DNA of 64,000 nt from Podarcis liolepis (Eukaryota), in assembly GCA_965112155.1 (NCBI GenBank), contig OZ218100.1; one strand, given 5' to 3'. This document shows positions 52,301 to 61,300 of this stretch, piece after piece. A program made the translations under genes and the position numbers. The notes below the pieces were generated by a model that was not told the origin of the DNA, made no database searches, and saw nothing but the letters and a program-made list of their open reading frames with translations. The stretch's first letter is position 1. Each line of letters starts with the position of its first letter.

Positions 52301-55300
52301 TCTGCTCTTTATTATTGCTAGTGGTAGGTAACCTACCTTTTGATGGAGAGACAGGACCATGTGAGGGAAGCTTGCAAACTGGAAAAGTACAAAGAAGATA
52401 AGCTGGCTGGAAAGGTGCTGCCACAACAACTGGCTGGTTCCCCCGTCATCAAATTTCTCCTCTGTCTCTGACCGCTCCATGGCATAGACCACAAGATCCA
52501 CCAGCTGGTCCTCCAGCACAGGGCACCGCTGTTTGTGCTGCAAAGCAGAAACCAGATAAAGTATTCCACAGTCTAGCATCCATCATTTAAACTCTGCCAT
52601 TTCAGTACAGTTACTTTAATGTAAGTCTGGGAAGCATGAAATGGGATCTGAACATAAAGCTTTACAAGATAAGCCAAAACATTAAAACTGTCTGATGTTA
52701 CAGGTCATAATATTTTTCAAAAAAATAATAATAGACTACTTGTTATACCCGCTCTTACCTAAGCACAATTGTTTATGGAGCCAACAAATATCTAGAAAAA
52801 CACCATGTAAGAGTATGTTTTCAGCCCTGGAGGCTACAGTGTGAAGACTAAAATAATACAATGGACTTTGACCCTTCTGCAGTTAATGGACTTCAGTGTG
52901 GCAGTTCCTGACACCTTAACAATTCAGGTACACTCAAGATATGGGGCCAGTTCAAATATACCATCAAACCATAGTTTGGATTACAAGACAGAGCTTTGTC
53001 CTTGTGTGTTCTACCTCCTCACAAGGAGGTTAAACTATGGTTTTCCACAATTCAGAAAATAACTAATTAAGTGGAGTTTGTGAAAGAGAGCACGTGAGTG
53101 TGAGACTTAGCCATATATTGCCAAGCCATGGTTTGGTGTTACGCATGAAGAAACCGATTACAAAACCTCAGAACAACATAATAAGCCTTTTGCTTGTGCA
53201 CAGAACCCATTCATTCCTCTTTTCACAGCGTGAGCAATCAAACCAGGGAGCCTCTAATAAACAATAGTTTCTCATTTCATCCAAACCAGGAAGCTACGGT
53301 TACCAACTCTGGAAATTAATATCCTGATATGAACTTCAACCTATAGTTTCATTGAGATGAAATGGGAAACTATGGTTGCTTGAAGAATACCTGGATTGTT
53401 TGTTCATGCTACAAAATGGAGAAGTGCATACTGGCAAAAAGCTTGTTCATATCTCAGCTTCTTAACACAGCTTGAACAGTCATTATGTGGGAATACCAAT
53501 TCCTATTCCAGTGGTGCACCTGTTTAGCTGTACACTTTCTTCTGTTTGTGTGCTTGGATGTTTTGCAAACTGCTGGACCCCTTTCATTTTGATCTTCCCC
53601 TATTTAGACTTCATAATGCGCATAATTGGAACATTCCACAGTGGTACAGCATGAAGCCAATTCTTTACAAGCAGCTGGAAGAAACTGTACATTCTAGGCA
53701 CTACGATTGAAGTTACTGAGTCATTTCTGTATATATTATAGAATTTCAGAGTTTCACATAGTGAACCTGTAACATAACACAGCCTTAATAAAAAGAAAAG
53801 AAGTATTATTTTTAAAAGATAATACAGAAAAGGTACGGAGCTGCTCAGAATCTAATCATGAAGATGCCTTGTCCCTTTCTAGAGGCAAAAAAGAGAGAAT
53901 TCATTATTTGTTTTTCGTTTCATGAGAAATGTGCTATGATACCCAAATACGATTTACTCAACACATTTCAGTGCTCCTCTTAACAAATGGTTTCTTGGAT
54001 TAGCAGGCAGTCTAAAAGAAAACCTTCCGAATTTTTTTTAAAAAAACAAACAGAGAAAAAAATCCCAAGGTTGCTGGAAACAGATACTTATTCTGTGCTT
54101 AACAATGTGGATAGCTTTTTGCCATGAAAAAGGGATTATGATTTCAATTTAACAATACAATGCAAGAATGACAAAACTTTGGACAAACTCTGAGAACAGC
54201 ACTCTCTCCTTCACATGCTCTTTGCCAGCTCAATATTGCCAAAAGCTACAAATCTAGCTGTGCTTTCTTGAAGCATGCTTAAAAACGGAATACTTCCAAT
54301 CCAAAGGACATTAGTTGCTTTTGACCCTCTCTTTCAAAAAAACACAATGCCATTATCACAGATCAACCACGTTACAGATTTACAAAGAGCAATATTAACA
54401 CCACCAGTTGAGAATACTTTTTTTTTTCCAAATGCAACTAATTATGAAGCAGAGCAGAATGCAACAGACAGTACTACAAACTATTTCATGATACAGCATG
54501 CAAAACTACTGTGTACAGGGCTTGAAATTCACTAGAATTTGGTAGAGAGGGGGGCAAATTTCCAAGAGCCCAAGAGTGCAAACCTATGTCAGTTTTGAAT
54601 TAAGTTATTTAAGAGGAAACAACTGTCAGTTAATGCAGGTTTCTAACGGCAATAAATTCACGAATGCAATTATATTTTTGAAGTGATTCAGAAGGAACTA
54701 TAAAGGTCAGTTTTTGCTTTCTATAACACTCTTAACTTGACCAGGAAATGGAACTGTGGGATGGAATATGCAGAAAGCAGCAGGCTCAAATATCAAATGG
54801 GCTCAAGCAGAAAGGCTGTAAGGGAAGAACAAAAACTGATCTCCCCTTCAAAGTTGTGGGCACTGAGATCAAGTTTAGTCATGGTCCTCGAGTCATGTTG
54901 TGCATCTCCTGTCCCCAAATCAGAGGGTGAGCGGTATTTATTGCTCCCAATGCAAAAGAAGCACAAGCATATGTGGGGTGGGGGAGATCCTTTTCTCCCC
55001 TGCTGTGATCCTGACACAAGTGCAATGGAGAAAGTCCCCCATTGGTGCCAATGGCAACAGGTAGAAAGAGTTTACATCCCCATCCCCACCCCCACCTGAT
55101 GGAATCTGGATAACCAGCAGCTTCCCCAGTGACTACCATCTGCATGTTAATAATGTGCATGACCTATCAATCAATAGACGTGTTTGTCCTTCCATGCTAT
55201 GGCCTGTCGGCTACGCAAATAAAGTCTATTGACTGCATGCGTTCAATCCAAATATATATTTCACATGATGTCCAGTTTGGCCCTAAGCAAATTCTTCATT

Positions 55301-58300
55301 TTTTCTCCAATGGGGGAAGTTCTCTGACTCTCTCTGCTCAACCCCAAACTGGGCACTTCCACATCGGCCGAAGGAAACTCATGTGGGCTGTGATGCTTGG
55401 AAGTGTGTAGACCAAGCTGGGTGACCTGTGGCCCTCCACACATGGCCTCTTCTATCACCCATCATTAGTCATACTGACTGGGCCTGATGGAAGTTCAATT
55501 CCAGCAACAGTGGAAGATGGAAGCTTCCCAATACCTGGTGAAGACAATGCCTAATGAAATCGTAGCAGCCAGAAAGGTCTGGCTGCTAAGAGCTTCAGTT
55601 TATCTGTAACACAGCATAATTGCACATTAAAGAAGAGAAATTATGCAAATTTGCTTTCAGAATCCAGCATTTCTTGGCACAGAATTTGGATTGCCTAGGA
55701 ACAGATTTTTTTTTCCTTCCTCCAACTTGGAACACATCTAACCCTTGCTCATTCTGTTTCTACTACTAGTGAAGACTGAGAAATGTTGTTATGATGTACA
55801 ATACCAGCACTTCTGGAAACAATTGGAAAAGGGCTTTCTCAAGAGAAATGCTGCTGCAATGCTATAAATGCCCAAATGCACCCACAGACTAGGAGAATCA
55901 GTATGCACACATAGTGCGCAGCAAGCAATTGTACACAGCAAATACTACTGTACTAGCATGACTTTCTTGCACAGTAGCCACCATTTCACAAATCAGTATG
56001 TTTACTGACTCTGAGTGCCTCACAGGGACACTTTTGCTCATACAACACAAGTGTATAGTTATAAAAATCTGAGTTATTTATCTATTTGACATCTGACAGG
56101 AGATTGTTCCACAGGACGGGCACCACTACCAAGAAGGCTCTCTACCTAGTTCCCTGTTAACTTCACTTCTTGCAGCGAGGGAACCGCCAGAAGACCCTTG
56201 GAGTTGGATCAGTGTCTGGGTTAAATGATGGGGGTGGAGATGCTGAGGCCGTTTAGGGCTTTAAAGGTCAACACCAACACTTTAAATTGTGCTCAGAAAT
56301 GTACTGGGAGCCAATGTAGATCTTTTAGGACCAGTGTTCTATGGTCCCCATGGTCAATCCCAGTCACCAGCCCAGCTCCCGCATTCTTGATTAGTAGCAG
56401 TTTCTGAGTCACCTTCAATGATAGCCCCACATACAGCACATTGCAGTAATCCAAGTGGGAGATAATCATCCTGGTGAGACAGGCGGGTTGGGTCTCAGCT
56501 GGCGTACCACATGGAGCTGGTAGACTGCCATCCTGGACACAGAATTAACCTGCGCTTCTATGGACAGTTATGAGTCCAAAATGACCCCAAGTCTGTGAAC
56601 CTGGTCCTTCAGGGGCACAGTTAACCCATTCAGAACCAAGGAGCCCTCAACAACTGCCCACCAGAAACAGTAGTTCTGTCTTGTTGGGATTCAGCTTTAA
56701 TCAGCTAACCAGCATCCATCTTCCAACCACCTCCAGACACTCACACAGGACATTTACCACTGGTTCAGATTTAAACGAGAGGTAGAGCTGGGTATCATAC
56801 TGGGGAACATCCAGTCCAGATCCCCTGATGATCTCTCCCTGCGGCTTCATATAGAAGTTGAAAAGCATGGGAGAGGATGGAACCATTGGAATTATTTAGA
56901 CTACGTGTAGTGTTCAGCACTAACTTTGTGCTGATTTTTTAAAATTCTCAATTACAAAAATGCTGTTTGAAAGGGAGTCTCCTTACTTCAAAATGTTTGT
57001 TCTTAAGGAGTCAGAATCCCTATTTGGATATTGGAGGGTTGTAAAGGAACCATCATTCAGTTTCAAATGAGCTGGGTAGGTGTGAAGGTCACAACTATGG
57101 GCTGATTACGAATATCATACGAGACATATCCTGACAACAGTTTCCTAAAGAGGAACCATAGAGGAATTTTTTTCTGAAGATACGAAAGGAAATTAAAGAG
57201 AGCAGCAGCAGCAGAAGCACAGGAGGAACAGGGCCCAGGAGGACAGCATAAAGAGCAGGGGAAGCGCTCCTGCTGACAGCACACTTCATTGCAGAAACAA
57301 TTGTGTTATTGTAGCACTACACTATTCACGCCATCTGTTTAATAACTGATCTCATGGTAAAGGCCCCAATGCAAAATGGGGTCAAGTCCAACACACAAAT
57401 GTTAGGTGGAGATGTATGTGTGAAGCTTGATTCTATTTAATCATTTTTGAGTCACAAGTAAATTTTTGATGGAGCTGTAGGCAGTTGACATTGTAATGCA
57501 AAGCCAAGGTCTTAATTGCCGAAGTTTTCAGGGAATACAGATTTCCTAGCAGATTGATCTAAAATAAAACCAACTTGCATAGTTTCAGTATTGATCATTT
57601 GATATCATTTGCAGCATTAGCTTTGAATTCCAACCAAGCAATGTCACACACAACCCTTTCATGCTTTTTTTTACTGACAAATGAACAAAACAAAAAAAAG
57701 TTCACAGACTGTTGTTATTATGGCAGCACACCTACAATTCATAGTTTGTCAGCATTTCCATTAAAAAAACCATGAATTTCAAAGTTTTGTTACTTGGCCA
57801 TAAAAGTTTGCTCTGAGTTGAACTGTATGCTGGAGGTAGAAATTATTTCTCCCAATCTTGATCTTTCAATGTACTTAAAAAGGTACATATGTAAAATGGA
57901 TCGAAATGGTAATATCTAGACCTACTATTGTGAAGTTGTTGATGATGTTAAAAAATTAAGCCACTAAATATTTAGTCTTGTTTTATAAACATTTGTCTAT
58001 TGGGAGGCTTAGAGTAGAGGTGAAAGAGGCAGAAGGTGGATCCGGACAATATTTTAATTTCACATTTGCAGAAAGGATCTAAGTATACTTGCAGAGCTCA
58101 GTTTTCTCCTGTGTAACCTTCCTTGGCCAAGCAGAGGGGGAAGAAAAGTGAACAGAAGTACAGGACATGCACAGAGAACTCTTGATTCTTCGTAAGAGCC
58201 TGTTGTGGTACTGTAGTGTGTGCTTTGGCAAGGAAAATGGGGCTCCAATATGCCACATTAGGAACCCAACACACTTGGGTACAACACAGGGGCTTTAATG

Positions 58301-61300
58301 TACTTTAAAACATTTATATTTGGTAAAGATGAATTCAGCAATTTAGTAAAGCAGGGAGTTATTTAACAGATAAGGAAGTGAAGCTGAAAGGCAGTGGCTT
58401 AACCAAAGTCACCCAGTTAAATTCATCAAAGGATTTGGCCTCAGCTTTTCCAGCTTTAAGGTCCAATTCATACTTTATGCAACAAACTTGTCTGCATACA
58501 CCCAGTTGTGCAATGCTAAACATTATAAAAGGATGAAGGAGAGTTGTACATTTCTGAATATTCATGGCAGTGCAGCAGAAATATGCCACGAAGCCACAAA
58601 TTAGACAGCTCCGCGTGCTTGGGCAGTTCCAGTGGTACAGATTATTTTACAATTTAGCATTAAAGAAGCAACTTATAAAAATATTCATTTCTATCTCAAT
58701 AAAAGCTTAGCTGTGAAAATAATCATTTTAAGCATTAACGCCACAACTGACACTGTACCATTCACCAAAGCTTTTTTTTAAAGTTTAACAAACAACACTA
58801 TATTAAATAGCTGTATTATTTTAAAGTGGAATACTACTTTATAATTTCTTTGCAAAGTCAACATACAGCAAATCTAAGTCTAAAAGATTGTTGTTGCTTT
58901 TAAGTAATAACCAAAGTTTTAGCATCAAGCAAATGTTATGGTCAAGTACAATCCCTGAAATGAGTTTTTTTATAAAATGAAAACACTGACACAACCTTCA
59001 CTATAGTATTGCAAACACCAACGCCATTGCACTTTGCTTAAATATCAGTTTGGGTAAACTTGTTAAATTAAAAAAAGAAAAGACTAAAGAGGTCAAAGTT
59101 GAAATATATAAGCAGACTAGTGTGGGTATTAAATAAGTTGTAAATTTATGTCCATCTTCCCAAGGAATTTTTTCCTTTGCTTTTTTTTAGCTCAGCCCAT
59201 TTGGAGATATAAGTTAAAAGAGTTATTGGGTTTTTTTAAATGGAGGCTGAGTATGACCTTTCCTAGTCAAGTTGAATTTTTACATAAATACTTAAGTGTG
59301 CTAATATTTAGCAAACCGAGTTTTCTTTCACATTGTTATACAAACAAGTTTTTCTTTCTTTTCAAGGCAAGGAAATTTTATAGTTGGAACAAAATTGACT
59401 ATGACAGTTTGGGTAAGTCATGGGTAACCCAAGCCAATTATTGAACTGGCTTCATAAGATCCTTTTTAAACTACACAGCATTCTTAAAACCTCAGATTTT
59501 TTTAGGAAGTTAACCGTTTCTTAGCGTCTGATGGTCCCACCAATTTCAAGCCCTGGCCAGACGTGTATTCTCGAACTGGAATCAGCNNNNNNNNNNNNNN
59601 NNNNNNNNNNNNNNNNNNNNNNNNNNNNNNNNNNNNNNNNNNNNNNNNNNNNNNNNNNNNNNNNNNNNNNNNNNNNNNNNNNNNNNNNNNNNNNNNNNNN
59701 NNNNNNNNNNNNNNNNNNNNNNNNNNNNNNNNNNNNNNNNNNNNNNNNNNNNNNNNNNNNNNNNNNNNNNNNNNAGACCAGGCCCTCCCACATGGTAAGG
59801 CAAAAAGAAAGAAAAAAAAGGGGGTGGGGAGTAAAGTAAAATAAATAAATAAATTAAAAAGTTTAACATTAATCCATTCATTACCATTGACGGTAATGAA
59901 AACATGCCAAGGCATTTCACAGACAAATTCAATAGACTAGTGATCTAAGCAGCACATCTACCACCACCACTGCCGCCACCCCTCCAAAAAAGAGGGGAAC
60001 GTTTGTCTGCCATAGGTTCAGGGTATATTTGAGGCTGGCCTTATAGGGGAAAAAAGCAATGCCAATATATATATGTATATATATATTTAAAGTCTCTACT
60101 TTTCAATTTTGAAACCTTTAAAGCAATATATAAATGATAAGAATAATAGTGCCCAATTAACCTAAAGCAATAATACTGAAGGTGGGGGGGGGGTAATCAT
60201 GATCTGATCCTCAACTGTTTTGCTTAGTTAGCTATAGCAAAGAAAAAGAGAAAAGAAAAGTGCAGGTTCTATGCAAAACAAAAGGCATTACAGCACAATA
60301 CAGTACCTGCTTGTTTAGACCTAGCATATTGCAGACCATATCTCTGGAATAGGGCTGCTCCAGCACATACCGCAACAAAGCAGTCTGGGGCTCAAACAGA
60401 TCCTTGAAAACAAAAACAAAAAAAGCATACAAATGCCAACCCTTTTGACACAAAAACATTTAACAGCTGAAATTAAGATTCCCCATTCGATTAAAGCATC
60501 ACCAGCGACAGACATTAAGCAGGCTCCCTTCTTCCCGCTAACATTTGTATTGCGTGACTCTTACTTCAGGTATTGCTCCCTCTGATGGCAGGAGTTGGGG
60601 TAAGTGATTTAATGCTCTAAGACTTAACAAGAGTCTTATTTCAGGTAATCGCCATAACTATTCTCCACCAACCCCGCCCAAATTATTACCTATCAATACA
60701 TATTGATAGGTAATAATTTGGGCGGGGTTGGTGGAGAATAGGCAAGGGTAGGCAATAGATGGCAGCGTTTTTAGATAGGTGGGAACGGAAGCTTTTCACA
60801 GAAGCAGAAACTCATCTTCTGTGACGCAGAATTCATCACCACCGGCTTCATTTCCCAACTTGTATGAACATTCTTGCTGTCTCTCTAGTCCTGCAGGTTA
60901 TTTTATTCTTGCAGTCTTATTATCATGCACTAAGAATATTTGGCTACACCTTCAATCACCTCCAATTTCACCACAGAGACAGTACGAAAAGGACCCACTT
61001 GATTTTCTGGTCGACAGATATGAACAATGGGGCACAGTGAATATGGGGGGGGGGGAAGCTAAGGTGGTCCAACACAACTTACCTTTATGCAACCTTGCTG
61101 AATTTATGCAACAATAAAAGTGCAACACTTTTTAGCTATCACAGTGGCTTGCTTGCTACTTTTCAAAATACCTAAACACCCCAAAGCGTTTCTTGTACGC
61201 ATCCGTGAGAAGTTTGGGCAAAACAGAGAACCAGAGCAGCTGCTATTTCTACCAAACTATAAGGAAGTGTCACCCCCAGGAGCCATTTTCCCTGGATAGC

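Noticed and set aside
59502-59932. ORFs spanning the N run
   Set aside because: Artefacts of translating the assembly gap.
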